Assembly: GCA_947305005.1 (NCBI GenBank)
Contig: CAMZCM010000016.1
Span: 913-64,912, forward strand
Length of the DNA: 64,000 nucleotides
From: an uncultured Prevotellaceae bacterium
Lineage (GTDB): Bacteria > Bacteroidota > Bacteroidia > Bacteroidales > Bacteroidaceae
Direction of reading: 5' to 3'
Position 1 is the first letter of the stretch. Every line of letters starts with the position of its first letter. Below, piece by piece: positions 28,301 to 40,491 of this stretch. The notes beneath the pieces were generated by a model that saw nothing but the letters and a program-made list of their open reading frames with translations, did no database searches and was not told the origin of the DNA. Made by a program: the position numbers and the translations under genes.

Positions 28301-29349
28301 GCGGCCATCAGCATCACCATACGTTGTTGTAAGATGTACTCGCGGTCGGACAAAGAAACAGGATTCAGCAATCGTGTCAGTAAATCCATATCTACACGTT
28401 GCAGCGGATTGGAGAGTGTATCAGCCAGCAGTGCTGCGGCTCCTACACGATGGATATTACCTTCGTGAGCATTCTCTGCAAATGCAGCCAGTCGTTGACG
28501 GGCATCGTTGGGCTTGCTCGTCCACACTGCAATCACCCAATAAAAAGCGGCAATGCCATCTGTCAGGAAGGTACCGCTTTTCTTTCCGGTTACTTCTCCA
28601 AACACTTTTAACGCCAGGTCGCTTTTCCCCTGAGACATGGCATGAACACCTTTCAAAAGGAAGTCAGAGGGCGCAAGGCGGATGCCTGTAGGAGGGGTAT
28701 AATGACCCTGACAGACGAAAGTGTAGTAATTCACCAGCGCCTTCATCTCTCGGATATCGGGATCGTTATTGTCGAATTTGCGAAGGCTCATCTGGCGCTT
28801 CAGGATTTCATCAGGGTCAGCGAAATCCTCTTTCATCCATTTGCGCACAACAGTAGCAATGAAAGCTGGGAAATCCACATCGCGAATCATCGTCATTAGA
28901 GGTTCGAAGCGACGATCGTGAGCCAAACTGATAAGGTAAGGGGGAAGGTTACTCTCTAACACAATTGGCACAAGACGCTTACCAACATAGCAGTGACGGA
29001 TGGCTTGCTGCAAGTCGTTGAAGATACGATAACGCGTGAGGGGCCAAGTGTCGAACTCATCCAGCCATTCAGGGTGTTGCTCAAGACAGAAAAGTAAGAC
29101 TTCACCATAGACACGCGGACGAATAATTTGGCGTTCAGGGGCGAAGTGGGTAGCAGCTTCGTGAACAACAATATTTTCGTTAATGAGTTCGTTGGTGAGC
29201 AAAGGAAGTTCGCCTAACATACAGGCCCCATGTACGCTCAATTGTGTGCGGTCATCATCGGAAAGGCCTTGGCCAACATAAGCGTAGAGACATGCCAGCT
29301 TCTGTGTGGCCGGTTTCAGATTCAACAAAATCTGTCTTATGATAGTCAT
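25360..29349 (-). CDS. SNF2-family helicase with an uncharacterised N-terminal region of about 850 aa
   Basis: SNF2_N motifs [20 protein letters not shown] and DEAHNIKN. Helicase-C [11 protein letters not shown]. The stop is 2 nt before the trmD start. Confidence 0.9.
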   Translation of the reverse strand: MTIIRQILLNLKPATQKLACLYAYVGQGLSDDDRTQLSVHGACMLGELPLLTNELINENIVVHEAATHFAPERQIIRPRVYGEVLLFCLEQHPEWLDEFDTWPLTRYRIFNDLQQAIRHCYVGKRLVPIVLESNLPPYLISLAHDRRFEPLMTMIRDVDFPAFIATVVRKWMKEDFADPDEILKRQMSLRKFDNNDPDIREMKALVNYYTFVCQGHYTPPTGIRLAPSDFLLKGVHAMSQGKSDLALKVFGEVTGKKSGTFLTDGIAAFYWVIAVWTSKPNDARQRLAAFAENAHEGNIHRVGAAALLADTLSNPLQRVDMDLLTRLLNPVSLSDREYILQQRMVMLMAANLTGMQLTEENFQPQSSFLRHEAAAYIKLGKFEKKQLDNAFGSKPVSTLAKAKDPWELMLDRLISTESQGKDNADEGEHRVMYTIMSDGESVELREQNRLKDGRWGSGKQLPWNRFIGGTEPFMDRTDQAVVADVRFLGATRLTVGVILPHLVGSDRVYTGEQTPFRRVTIEEQKPYVIISRTEDGGFRLQSNVTFQDMLSQTNVYHRDTAMHYIYFPMSDRERTILQELLSVTSFPAEAEEKLTKLLPLIANTIDIHSDLMPKEKELETVHAQTQILVRLTPDPTAQTLFDAYILVRPLSGGSIALTPAQGDRVIIDQNDTSGRVRIERDMEAEAQHLSTFLQFCQSRDIELTENLNAYLSTQQVLEILGFVSCNPEISAVEWPEGERLRMRSAKQGDWNLSLTSRGRWFEIEGEVRLDDNSLLTAQQLLQALANSHGGYVQLQNGDYLWLSEKLRKQLDSLESLSTTENHHPVISTLQTNVLAELVNGEINIQYQEEFFQLKDRIEQAGKMNPEVPTTLQATLRPYQLDGFQWMMRLGAWGAGACLADDMGLGKTIQTIAFLLAHAHEGAALVVAPASVVPNWRNELQRFAPSLNVYILSEYYDRHHLISEAAAGDVIIATYGLLMPEHDSLTRKQWNTAVLDEAHNIKNRGTKSSGVCMQLQAEHRLILTGTPVQNHLGELWNLFQFINPGLLGTYEHFNQKFIIPIENMQDTERQQQLQSLVAPFMLRRTKQAVAKELPEKTEITLDVELTEEEMAFYEVIRREAEQKVKEEGDQLSINALAELTRLRRTACTAELIDSSWMHGSSKINAFMELVQNIIESGNSVLVFSQFTSFLNIVARALNENHLPYLYLDGSVTMKQREQLVADFQKGKRPIFLISLKAGGVGLNLTAANYVIHLDPWWNPAIEQQATDRAYRIGQTQAVTVYHLISHHTIEEKILRLHESKRSLSDSILEGADQNYKLTAKDMLEMLSNQF

Positions 29350-29411
29350 TATAAGAAATATACTTCTTTTTTGGTCCTATGTGCATTTGCCTTTTAAAGG
29401 CATTGCGGCTG

Positions 29412-29419
29412 CAAAGATA
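29412..29419 (-). promoter_or_regulatory. -7 box TATCTTTG for the SNF2-trmD unit
   Basis: Plus-strand CAAAGATA, about 63 nt upstream of the ATG at 29349. Confidence 0.5.
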
Positions 29420-29484
29420 TGGCTTTTTTGTCAACCGTGCAACAGTTTTTATATGATTGGTGAGAAATTTTCAGCGTTTATTTG

Positions 29485-29492
29485 TACCTTTG
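29485..29492 (+). promoter_or_regulatory. -7 box TACCTTTG for ligA
   Basis: TAnnTTTG match 26 nt upstream of the ATG at 29518. Confidence 0.6.
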
Positions 29493-29508
29493 CGCCAAAT
29501 TCAAATAG

Positions 29509-31521
<2,013 letters not shown>

Positions 31522-31600
31522 ATTTGGCACGCCTTTTGCAAGTGGTGTGATGTGTTCTTTTAAATTTTTCTTTTGACAATTAAAAATATATCATACAACT

Positions 31601-33652
31601 ATGCAAAAAGGTAATATCGGAGTAACAACCGAGAACATCTTCCCGGTTATCAAGAAATTCCTCTATAGTGATCACGAGATTTTCATTCGTGAGATTGTCA
31701 GCAATGCTGTAGATGCTACGCAGAAGCTGAAGACGCTTGCCGGCAAAGGCGATTTCCAAGGCGAGTTGGGCGATTTGAAAGTCTGCGTCAGCATCGACAA
31801 GGAAGCTGGAACCATCACGGTCAGCGACCGTGGTATCGGTATGACTGCTGAGGAAATAGATAAGTATATCAATCAGATTGCCTTCTCAGGCGCTAACGAC
31901 TTCCTAGATAAATATAAGGAAGACGCTAACGCGATTATCGGTCACTTCGGTCTGGGCTTTTACAGCTCGTTCATGGTCAGTGACCGCGTGGATATCATCA
32001 CGAAGAGTTATCAGGAAGCTCCGGCTGTGAAGTGGAGTTGCGACGGTTCGCCCGAATTCACGCTTGACGAGGTGGAGAAGGCTGATCGCGGAACAGATAT
32101 CGTGATGCATATCTCCGAGGACTGCAAGGAGTTCCTGGAAAAAGACAAGCTGGAAGGCCTGCTGAAGAAGTACTGCCACTTCCTGCCGGTGCCCGTGGTG
32201 TTCGGCAAGAAGCAGGAGTGGAAGGACGGTAAGATGCAGGATACCGACGAGGATAATCAGGTGAATGACACTACACCGTTGTGGACTCGCAAGCCCAGCG
32301 ACCTTAAGGACGAGGACTACAAGGAGTTCTACCGCAGTCTCTATCCGATGGGTGACGAACCCCTGTTCTGGATTCACCTGAATGTGGATTATCCATTCAA
32401 TCTCACAGGTATCCTTTACTTCCCGAAGATTAAGAACAACCTGGATTTACAGCGCAACAAGATCCAGCTGTACTGTAACCAAGTGTTTGTGACAGACCAA
32501 GTGGAGGGCATTGTCCCAGACTTCCTGACGCTGTTGCACGGTGTCATAGACTCTCCGGATATTCCGCTGAATGTCAGCCGCTCATATTTGCAGAGCGATA
32601 GCAATGTGAAGAAAATTAGCGGTTACATTACCAAGAAGGTGAGTGACCGTCTGAGCAGCCTGTTCAAGAACGACCGCAAGGACTTCGAGGCTAAGTGGGA
32701 CGATATCAAGATCTTTATCAATTATGGTATGCTCACGGAAGAAGATTTTTACGAGAAGGCTAAGACGTTCTTCCTCTTGAAGGATACCGAAGGTAAGTTC
32801 TATACACTGGAAGAGTACCAGACGCTGATCAAGGACGCACAGACGAACAAAGACGGACAGCTCGTGTATCTTTATGCCGCTGACCGTGAGGCTCAATACA
32901 CTTACATCGACGCCGCTAAGCAGAAAGGCTACAATGTGCTGCTTCTGGATGGTCAGCTCGACACACCACTCGTGCAGATGCTGGAGCGTAAACTGGAGAA
33001 GACTACTTTCACACGCGTTGATGCGGATGTCATTGACCGCTTGATTCAGAAGGATGAACCGAAGGGTGAAGAATTGTCAGCCGAACGGTCTGCCAATCTG
33101 TCAGCCGTATTTGAGACACAGATGCCCAAGACAGATAAAACCACCTACCACGTGGAGACACAGCCGATGGGCGCCGATGCAATGCCGGTAGTGATTACAC
33201 AGAGCGAATACATGCGTCGTATGAAAGATATGGCTCGTATTCAGCCAGGCATGGGCTTCTACGGTGAAATGCCGGATATGTACAATCTGGTGCTGAACAC
33301 AGACAATGCCCTCATCAAGGAGGTACTGGAACAGAGCGAAGCTGCAACTGCAGAGGCGCTGAAACCCATTGAGGCAGAATTGCGCGGACTCAATGCCCGC
33401 AAGGCTGTGCTGCAGGCTGAACAGGACAAGAAGAAGTACGATGAGATCACCGAGGCTGAGCGCGAGGACATGAACAAATGCCGCACCGACATCGAGGCTG
33501 AGGAGAACAAGAAGCGCGAGGTCATCGGCGAGTATGCCAAGGGCAACGAGCGCGTTCACCAGCTCATCGACTTGGCTCTGCTACAAAATGGTTTGCTCAC
33601 TGGCGAGGCTCTGACACGTTTTGTGAAGCGTTCAGTAGAACTGCTTGGATAA
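31601..33652 (+). CDS. htpG: molecular chaperone HtpG (Hsp90)
   Basis: Bergerat ATPase motifs EIFIRELVSNAVDA, DRGIGMT and GHFGLGFYS, about 680 aa. Confidence 0.96.
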   Translation: MQKGNIGVTTENIFPVIKKFLYSDHEIFIREIVSNAVDATQKLKTLAGKGDFQGELGDLKVCVSIDKEAGTITVSDRGIGMTAEEIDKYINQIAFSGANDFLDKYKEDANAIIGHFGLGFYSSFMVSDRVDIITKSYQEAPAVKWSCDGSPEFTLDEVEKADRGTDIVMHISEDCKEFLEKDKLEGLLKKYCHFLPVPVVFGKKQEWKDGKMQDTDEDNQVNDTTPLWTRKPSDLKDEDYKEFYRSLYPMGDEPLFWIHLNVDYPFNLTGILYFPKIKNNLDLQRNKIQLYCNQVFVTDQVEGIVPDFLTLLHGVIDSPDIPLNVSRSYLQSDSNVKKISGYITKKVSDRLSSLFKNDRKDFEAKWDDIKIFINYGMLTEEDFYEKAKTFFLLKDTEGKFYTLEEYQTLIKDAQTNKDGQLVYLYAADREAQYTYIDAAKQKGYNVLLLDGQLDTPLVQMLERKLEKTTFTRVDADVIDRLIQKDEPKGEELSAERSANLSAVFETQMPKTDKTTYHVETQPMGADAMPVVITQSEYMRRMKDMARIQPGMGFYGEMPDMYNLVLNTDNALIKEVLEQSEAATAEALKPIEAELRGLNARKAVLQAEQDKKKYDEITEAEREDMNKCRTDIEAEENKKREVIGEYAKGNERVHQLIDLALLQNGLLTGEALTRFVKRSVELLG

Positions 33653-33659
33653 TGTTTTT

Positions 33660-33719
33660 CCCTCAAAAAACTTGCAGAGACCGTCGAAAAGACATACCTT
33701 TGCACAAGTTTTTTGAGGG
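33660..33719. promoter_or_regulatory. perfect 15-bp inverted repeat bracketing the clpC -7 box (TACCTTTG at 33695-33702)
   Basis: CCCTCAAAAAACTTG (33660-33674) and CAAGTTTTTTGAGGG (33705-33719), separated by a 30-nt spacer that contains the TAnnTTTG box. Confidence 0.7.
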
Positions 33720-33760
33720 ATTACCGTTTATAATTATATATTATTTAAGGTGTGAAACGA

Positions 33761-36274
33761 ATGGAGAATAAATTCTCACCCAAGATAACAGAAATTCTGT
33801 CTTTCAGCAAAGAAGAGGCGATAAGGCTACGCAGTCAAGATGTGGAGCCGATTCATCTGTTGCTGGCTATGATGAGAGAGGAGGACTGTACAGCAATGGC
33901 CATCCTGCGGCAAATGGGCGTCGATTTCGACAAACTGAAGCAATGCCTGGAAAATGACCACCAAGGGACGACAGACAGCCGAGATCCTTTGCTCAATGCT
34001 GAATCAAGCCGTATCGTGAAATTGATGCTGCTTGAAGCTCGTGCTATGAAAGCTGAGTGCGCTGAGAGCGAACATCTGTTGTTGGCGCTGCTACGTGGTG
34101 AAGATCCAACCATCAGTCAGGCGCTGACGGAGTATTCTATCGATTATCAAGCGGTCAAGAACACACTCACCCAGAAGCAAGACCCACAAGCTGGCTTTGG
34201 CTTCACGGATGAGGATGAGGATGACGAAGAAGGGGAGGAAGACCTGCATAACACGGGTCGTCCAGGCCATTCAACATCACAGGCTACGTCTATGCGGAAA
34301 CAGAACGGCAAGGACAGCGGTACGCCAGCCCTTGACACCTTCGGCACCGATCTCACGAAAGCTGCTGCAGAAGGGTTGCTTGATCCCGTTGTAGGACGTG
34401 AACAAGAGATTCAGCGTGTCGCACAGATTCTCTGCCGTCGCAAAAAGAACAATCCTATTTTGATAGGTCTTCCCGGTGTCGGCAAAAGCGCCATCGTAGA
34501 AGGTTTGGCATTGCGGATTGTGGAGCATAAGGTAGCGCGTCTGCTGTATGACAAACGTGTCGTGGTGCTTGACATGGCTGCTGTCGTAGCAGGTACGAAG
34601 TATCGCGGACAGTTTGAAGAACGCCTGAAAGCTATCATCAATGAGATGCAAGCACACAAGGAAATCATCCTGTTCATAGACGAGATACACACCATCATTG
34701 GTGCTGGCTCTGCTGCAGGAACGATGGATGCTGCCAATATGCTCAAGCCAGCATTGGCTCGTGGCGAAGTGCAGTGCATCGGCGCCACGACGCTGGACGA
34801 ATACAAGAAGAGCATAGAGAAAGATGGTGCACTCGAGCGCCGCTTCCAGAAGGTACTGGTAGAACCTACGACGGTGGATGAGACGATACAGATCCTAGAG
34901 AATATCAAAGACCGCTACGAGGATCATCATAATGTCCGCTACACCCCGGAGGCTCTGCGTGCATGTGTGACGCTGACAGACCGTTATATGACAGATCGCT
35001 GTCTGCCGGACAAGGCTATCGACGCGATGGATGAAGCGGGCTCCCGTGCTCATCTGGTCAATATTCCCATCAGCGAAGACATCTCCCGTAAGGAAGAGCT
35101 CTGTCAAAACCTGAAGAGGCTGAAAGATGAAGCTGTGAGCAAGCAGAACTTTGAGCTGGCAGCAGAATATCGCGACCAATTGGCCAACGAAGAAGAACGC
35201 CTGCAACAGATGAAGAAAGACTGGGATCACCAGCTGAAAGAGGTGCGCGAGCAGATTGACGAGACGCAGATTGCTGACGTGGTGTCGATGATGACAGGAA
35301 TACCTGTGCAAAGGGTAGGAGAGAACGAGAACGAACGGCTGCGTAACCTGGGTCCGAACCTGAAGGATTCTGTCATTGGACAGGACGATGCTGTTAATAA
35401 ACTCGTGCGTGCTATTCAACGCTCACGCGTAGGTCTCAAAGATCCCAATAAACCCATAGGTACGTTTATGTTCCTGGGGCCAACAGGTGTGGGTAAAACG
35501 TATCTGACCAAGCGTTTGGCTGTAGAACTCTTCGGTAGCGAAGATGCATTGATTCGTGTGGATATGTCCGAGTATATGGAGAAACACACCGTGAGCCGCA
35601 TGGTGGGTGCTCCTCCAGGATATGTAGGTTATGAAGAAGGTGGCCAGCTCACAGAGCGGGTACGTCGTAAACCTTACAGCATCGTGCTTCTCGACGAGAT
35701 AGAGAAGGCGCACTCCGACATTTTCAACGTCCTATTGCAAGTGATGGACGAAGGCCGTCTGACGGATGGTAACGGTACCACTGTGGATTTCCGCAATACT
35801 GTCATTATCATGACTTCTAACAGCGGTACGCGCCAACTGAAGGAGTTCGGACAGGGGATAGGCTTTACACGTACCGGTGATGTCAACAACCGCGACTATG
35901 CGCGCAGCATCATCCAGAAGGCGCTGCAAAAACAGTTCTCGCCTGAGTTCCTGAACCGATTGGACGATATCATTTTCTTTGATCAGCTGACGAAGGAAAG
36001 CCTACATAAGATTGTCGATATTGAACTGCGTCCATTGCAGAAACGCATTCAGGGAATGGGATATTCCTTACAACTGACAGATGCAGCACGCAACTGGCTG
36101 GCCAATAAAGGCTATGACGTGCAGTTTGGTGCCCGTCCGCTGAAGCGTCTCTTGCAGACAAGTGTGGAGGATGCTTTCTGTCAACTTATCCTTGATGGAA
36201 AGGTACATGAGGGACAAACAATCGAAGTAAATGCTCAAGAAGGAGCACAAGAGTTGACTTTAGCACCGATTTAA
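33761..36274 (+). CDS. clpC: ATP-dependent Clp protease ATP-binding subunit, ClpC-type
   Basis: Clp_N repeats, Walker A motifs GLPGVGKS and GPTGVGKT, a short UVR-like middle domain ([12 protein letters not shown]) and an IGF loop (GQGIGFT). The alternative GTG start at 33752 is possible. Confidence 0.9.
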   Translation: MENKFSPKITEILSFSKEEAIRLRSQDVEPIHLLLAMMREEDCTAMAILRQMGVDFDKLKQCLENDHQGTTDSRDPLLNAESSRIVKLMLLEARAMKAECAESEHLLLALLRGEDPTISQALTEYSIDYQAVKNTLTQKQDPQAGFGFTDEDEDDEEGEEDLHNTGRPGHSTSQATSMRKQNGKDSGTPALDTFGTDLTKAAAEGLLDPVVGREQEIQRVAQILCRRKKNNPILIGLPGVGKSAIVEGLALRIVEHKVARLLYDKRVVVLDMAAVVAGTKYRGQFEERLKAIINEMQAHKEIILFIDEIHTIIGAGSAAGTMDAANMLKPALARGEVQCIGATTLDEYKKSIEKDGALERRFQKVLVEPTTVDETIQILENIKDRYEDHHNVRYTPEALRACVTLTDRYMTDRCLPDKAIDAMDEAGSRAHLVNIPISEDISRKEELCQNLKRLKDEAVSKQNFELAAEYRDQLANEEERLQQMKKDWDHQLKEVREQIDETQIADVVSMMTGIPVQRVGENENERLRNLGPNLKDSVIGQDDAVNKLVRAIQRSRVGLKDPNKPIGTFMFLGPTGVGKTYLTKRLAVELFGSEDALIRVDMSEYMEKHTVSRMVGAPPGYVGYEEGGQLTERVRRKPYSIVLLDEIEKAHSDIFNVLLQVMDEGRLTDGNGTTVDFRNTVIIMTSNSGTRQLKEFGQGIGFTRTGDVNNRDYARSIIQKALQKQFSPEFLNRLDDIIFFDQLTKESLHKIVDIELRPLQKRIQGMGYSLQLTDAARNWLANKGYDVQFGARPLKRLLQTSVEDAFCQLILDGKVHEGQTIEVNAQEGAQELTLAPI

Positions 36275-36318
36275 CGACTTTTTTTCGCAAAACATTTTGC
36301 CGATTGCTCGAAAAGTAG

Positions 36319-36326
36319 TAATTTTG
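36319..36326 (+). promoter_or_regulatory. -7 box TAATTTTG upstream of gyrA
   Basis: TAnnTTTG match about 140 nt upstream of the ATG at 36467. It is bracketed by the 10-bp inverted repeat TGCCGATTGC / GCAATCGGCA (36298-36307 and 36340-36349). Confidence 0.45.
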
Positions 36327-36466
36327 AACGCTTTTTAGGGCAATCGGCATTTATTTTGCCCAAAAACGCCTTTTTTTTGCCCTCTACGGGCTTCAAGGGA
36401 ATTTGGACAACGGAAAATATTTGACAAATTAAATCATAAAAACGACGGCATAAGCCGCTTTAAGAA

Positions 36467-39019
36467 ATGCAAGATTCAGAAGACAGAATTATCAAAGTGG
36501 ACATTGAACGCGAGATGCGGAGTTCGTTTCTCGATTACTCAATGTCCGTCATCGTAGCTCGTGCGCTGCCTGATGCACGCGACGGTTTCAAACCTGTACA
36601 TCGCCGCATCCTCTACGGTATGCGTGTTGATGGTAACACACATGATCACGATTATCGCAAATGTGCCCGTACCGTTGGTAATGTGCTCGGTCACTACCAT
36701 CCTCACGGCGACTCCAGCGTTTATTTCGCTATGGTGCGTCTGGCTCAGGATTGGAACATGCGTTACACGCTAGTTGACGGTCAGGGTAACTTCGGTAGTG
36801 TTGACGGCGACTCGCCTGCTGCTATGCGTTACACTGAAGCACGTCTGTCACAGACGGGTGAGGCCATGATGCAAGATTTGGAGAAGGACACGGTCGATAT
36901 GGTGGACAATTTCGACGGCAAGGAGAAGGAACCCAGTGTGCTGCCAACACTTTTCCCGAATCTGCTGGTCAACGGTGCTACGGGTATCGCTGTCGGTATG
37001 GCGACAAATATCCCCACACATAATCTTAGCGAGTGTATCGATGGCTGTGTAGCTTATATCGATAATCCAGATATCGACGTTGCCGGCCTGATGCAATATA
37101 TTCCTGCTCCTGACTTCCCAACAGGTGCATATATTTATGGAATGCAAGGCGTTCGTGATGCCTATGAAACAGGGCGCGGACGTGTTGTCATGCGTGCGAA
37201 GGCTGAGATCGAGCCAGGTGATACGCACGACAAGATTGTTGTCAGCGAGATTCCCTATGGTGTAAACAAGGCTGAGCTCATCAAAAATATTGCCGATCTC
37301 GTGAACGAGCATAAGATTGAAGGTATCAGCAACGCTAACGATGAGAGTGACCGTGAAGGTATGCGTATTGTCATTGATGTGAAGCGCGACTTCAACGCCA
37401 ATGTGGTGCTGAACAAGCTCTTCAAGATGACACAGCTACAGACTTCCTTCTCCGTGAACAGCATTGCGCTGGTGAACGGTCGTCCGAAGCTGATGACACT
37501 GCGCGATATGATCAAATGCTTCGTGGATCATCGCCATGAAGTGACAATCCGTCGCACGGAATTTGATAAGCGTAAGGCTGAAGAGCGTGCTCATATCCTC
37601 GAAGGTCTCATCATCGCCAGTGACAATATCGACGAGGTGGTGCAGATTATCAAGAGCAGTAAGACACCGGAAGAAGCTCGCAAGCGTTTGGAAGATCGTT
37701 TCAATCTGGATGAAATACAGTCCAAGGCGATTGTAGATATGCGTCTGTCACAGCTCACCGGTCTGCAGCAGGAAAAACTCCATGCTGAGTATGATGAGTT
37801 GATGAAGAAGATTGAATACTACAACCAAATCCTTACCGACGATGCTCTCTGCTGGAAGGTCATCAAGGACGAGTTGTTGGAAGTAAAGGAGAAGTTCGGC
37901 GATGCTCGTCGTTCCGAGATTGTTTATTCAAGCGAAGAATTCAATCCAGAAGACTTCTACGCAGATGATGAGGTAATTATCACTATCAGCCATCTCGGAT
38001 ATATCAAACGCACACCTCTGGCTGAATTCCGCGCTCAAGGTCGTGGCGGTATTGGTGTTAAGGGCTCCTCAACGCGTGATGCCGACTTCATCGAATACCT
38101 CTATCGTGCCACGATGCACAACACAATGCTCTTCTTCACGAAGAAGGGTCGTTGCTACTGGCTGAAAGTATATGATATCCCTGAAGGCAACAAAGCTTCT
38201 AAGGGTCGTGCAATTCAGAATATGCTGAATATCGAGCCAGATGATGCAGTAAATGCATGCCTCTATATCAAGAAACTGAATGATGCCGACTTCAATGCTT
38301 CACACTATGTTCTGTTCTGCACAAAGAACGGTACAATCAAGAAGACATCGCTGGCTGACTATAGCCGCCCGCGTACCAATGGCGTGAATGCCATCAATAT
38401 CGCTGAAGGTGACCGTGTCGTTGATGTTGCACTGACCAATGGCGAGAACGAAGTAGTGATCGCTTCAAAGATGGGCCGTGCTGTCCGTTTCAATGAAAGC
38501 ACTGTTCGTGCAATGGGTCGTACTGCTACCGGTGTTCGTGGTATCACGCTTGAAGGTGAAGGCAACGAAGTAGTAGGTATGGTTGTCGTTGATAAGCCTG
38601 AAGAGGAAACGATTCTCGTTGTCTCCGAGAAGGGCTTTGGCAAACGTTCAGATGTCGAAGATTACCGCATCACAAATCGAGGTGGTAAGGGTGTTAAGAC
38701 TCTCGAAGTGACCGAGAAGACCGGCCTGCTGATGGCCATTAAGAGTGTAACGAACGACGAAGACCTGATGATTATCAATAAGAGCGGCGTCACGATTCGT
38801 CTGCATCTTGAAGATATCAAGATTCAAGGTCGCGCTACACAAGGAGTAAAACTCATCGAGCTTCAAAAACGCAATGATACGATTGCCAATGTCTGCATTG
38901 TTCCGCAGGAAGATGATGAAGAAGAACTTCCCGAGGACGCACGTGCAGCTGAGTTGCCGGAACCCACGCAGCTCTCTGACGGACAAACGGTAACACTCGA
39001 TCGCGACGAACAACAATAA
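36467..39019 (+). CDS. gyrA: DNA gyrase subunit A
   Basis: [13 protein letters not shown], catalytic Tyr region [10 protein letters not shown], GyrA-box-like [10 protein letters not shown] and an acidic C-terminal tail. Confidence 0.96.
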   Translation: MQDSEDRIIKVDIEREMRSSFLDYSMSVIVARALPDARDGFKPVHRRILYGMRVDGNTHDHDYRKCARTVGNVLGHYHPHGDSSVYFAMVRLAQDWNMRYTLVDGQGNFGSVDGDSPAAMRYTEARLSQTGEAMMQDLEKDTVDMVDNFDGKEKEPSVLPTLFPNLLVNGATGIAVGMATNIPTHNLSECIDGCVAYIDNPDIDVAGLMQYIPAPDFPTGAYIYGMQGVRDAYETGRGRVVMRAKAEIEPGDTHDKIVVSEIPYGVNKAELIKNIADLVNEHKIEGISNANDESDREGMRIVIDVKRDFNANVVLNKLFKMTQLQTSFSVNSIALVNGRPKLMTLRDMIKCFVDHRHEVTIRRTEFDKRKAEERAHILEGLIIASDNIDEVVQIIKSSKTPEEARKRLEDRFNLDEIQSKAIVDMRLSQLTGLQQEKLHAEYDELMKKIEYYNQILTDDALCWKVIKDELLEVKEKFGDARRSEIVYSSEEFNPEDFYADDEVIITISHLGYIKRTPLAEFRAQGRGGIGVKGSSTRDADFIEYLYRATMHNTMLFFTKKGRCYWLKVYDIPEGNKASKGRAIQNMLNIEPDDAVNACLYIKKLNDADFNASHYVLFCTKNGTIKKTSLADYSRPRTNGVNAINIAEGDRVVDVALTNGENEVVIASKMGRAVRFNESTVRAMGRTATGVRGITLEGEGNEVVGMVVVDKPEEETILVVSEKGFGKRSDVEDYRITNRGGKGVKTLEVTEKTGLLMAIKSVTNDEDLMIINKSGVTIRLHLEDIKIQGRATQGVKLIELQKRNDTIANVCIVPQEDDEEELPEDARAAELPEPTQLSDGQTVTLDRDEQQ

Positions 39020-39112
39020 ACCTTTAAGCCCTCGGCCTGTCTAAACAACAGACCGGGGGCACTCATTAAACAATATCTTTAACCCCATAAACTAACAATT
39101 GATTCTTAGATT

Positions 39113-40411
39113 ATGAAAAAAGTACTCTTTGCTATTGCGCTACTGGCTGTTGCTGGTACAGCGTCAGCACAAGACAAGATCGTTCGCAAGGCGCGCGACT
39201 TGAAAAATGAGATTCAAGATTTGTTGGCTACGCCTGATAAGAAAGAAAAGGACGTACTGGCCATGAACCAGAAGTTGGCCCAATGCATGGAAATGATTGA
39301 GCCTACTCTCACGAATCCTGAGACAAAGAAGGAGTTGGCCAATGCCTGGGACGTAAAAGCCCAGTTGCATGTTTACACCTTCTCCCCATTGTTAGATCAG
39401 GTGATTAAGAAAGAACCCACGGACCTGAATAAACTGGCACAGAATATCTATGCAGCTCTTGATGCGATGGAAAAGTGTTATCAGGTGACTCAGGAGATGG
39501 GTCTGAAGGGTGATAAAGATCCTTATACTGCTCCGAACCAGCAGAATGTCATCAAGTTCCGTCCGTACGTTGCCTATCTTGGACAGATGTTCTTTACAGA
39601 AGGACAAGCTACTAAGGACAATGCAAAATTCAACAGTGCTGTTGATGCTTTCAGCCGTTGGATGAGATACCCGAAAGCCTACACCATCTTAGGTAAGGAA
39701 GCAGAGGCTCTTGCCAGTGACGAACAGACACCTCAGATTGCTTACTTCACCTGTCTGTCTGCTTACTTCGCTAAGAACCATCAGGTGTTTATGGAGTTCA
39801 TCCCCGAAGCTCGTAAATATACACAGGAGAAAGATCAGGTGAACCAATTGTATCTGGCAAACCTGATTGAGCAGGGTGACACCGTAGCTTGGTTGAAAGC
39901 CGGTCGTGAAATCGTTGTTGGTGATCCTTCTGGTACAGAAGGTGTTGCACAAAACATTCTGGCTTATTACTTCAGCCACAATGACAATGTCAACGCTATG
40001 GCTTTTGCAGAGGAGATTCTGACAGCTGACGAATATAGCAAACTTGGCAACTATGCAAAGGGCCTTGTGTTGATGAATGACAAGAAGTACGAAGCTGCTA
40101 TTCCCTTCTTTGACAAAGCTATCGAAGCTGATGCAGAGTTCTCGGATGCATATTACAATGCAGGCGTATGCTGGAGCAATCATGGTTACGATATCAATGA
40201 ATCGCTCACGGGTAAGAACATGACACAGGCGCAGTATAACAATGCTATCAAGCCTGTTCGTGAGGCATACGCTAAGGCAGAGCCTTACTTCTTGAAAGTT
40301 CAGGAACTGGAGCCCGACAATCCACACAAATGGGCTAGTCGTCTCTCTACAGTTTATTATATTCTTGAAAACAAGGCTAAACAAGCTGAGATGGACAAAC
40401 TGTTAGAATAA
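39113..40411 (+). CDS. secreted TPR-like protein (paralog 1)
   Basis: Signal peptide MKKVLFAIALLAVAGTASAQ and TPR-like helices (AYYNAGVCW). The C-terminus is homologous to that of the next gene. Confidence 0.7.
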   Translation: MKKVLFAIALLAVAGTASAQDKIVRKARDLKNEIQDLLATPDKKEKDVLAMNQKLAQCMEMIEPTLTNPETKKELANAWDVKAQLHVYTFSPLLDQVIKKEPTDLNKLAQNIYAALDAMEKCYQVTQEMGLKGDKDPYTAPNQQNVIKFRPYVAYLGQMFFTEGQATKDNAKFNSAVDAFSRWMRYPKAYTILGKEAEALASDEQTPQIAYFTCLSAYFAKNHQVFMEFIPEARKYTQEKDQVNQLYLANLIEQGDTVAWLKAGREIVVGDPSGTEGVAQNILAYYFSHNDNVNAMAFAEEILTADEYSKLGNYAKGLVLMNDKKYEAAIPFFDKAIEADAEFSDAYYNAGVCWSNHGYDINESLTGKNMTQAQYNNAIKPVREAYAKAEPYFLKVQELEPDNPHKWASRLSTVYYILENKAKQAEMDKLLE

Positions 40412-40463
40412 ATCCATAAACAAGTTTTAACCCAACATTTTTTGTGATACGCAGGGATTGTGC

Positions 40464-40471
40464 TACTTTTG
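40464..40471 (+). promoter_or_regulatory. -7 box TACTTTTG (with -33 TTTG at 40441-40444) sitting in the loop of a 10-bp hairpin
   Basis: GGGATTGTGC (40454-40463) and GCACAATCCC (40474-40483) flank TACTTTTG. The ATG is at 40492. Confidence 0.55.
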
Positions 40472-40491
40472 CGGCACAATCCCTTATTAAT

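Noticed and set aside
33660-33719. The idea that the IR-flanked promoters (clpC, gyrA, 40454-40483) are Bacteroides-style invertible promoters (invertons).
   Set aside because: The invertible segments would be only 10-32 bp, far shorter than known invertons. No site-specific recombinase gene is nearby. The -7 box faces the downstream gene in the observed orientation. Operator, cruciform or terminator roles are more plausible.
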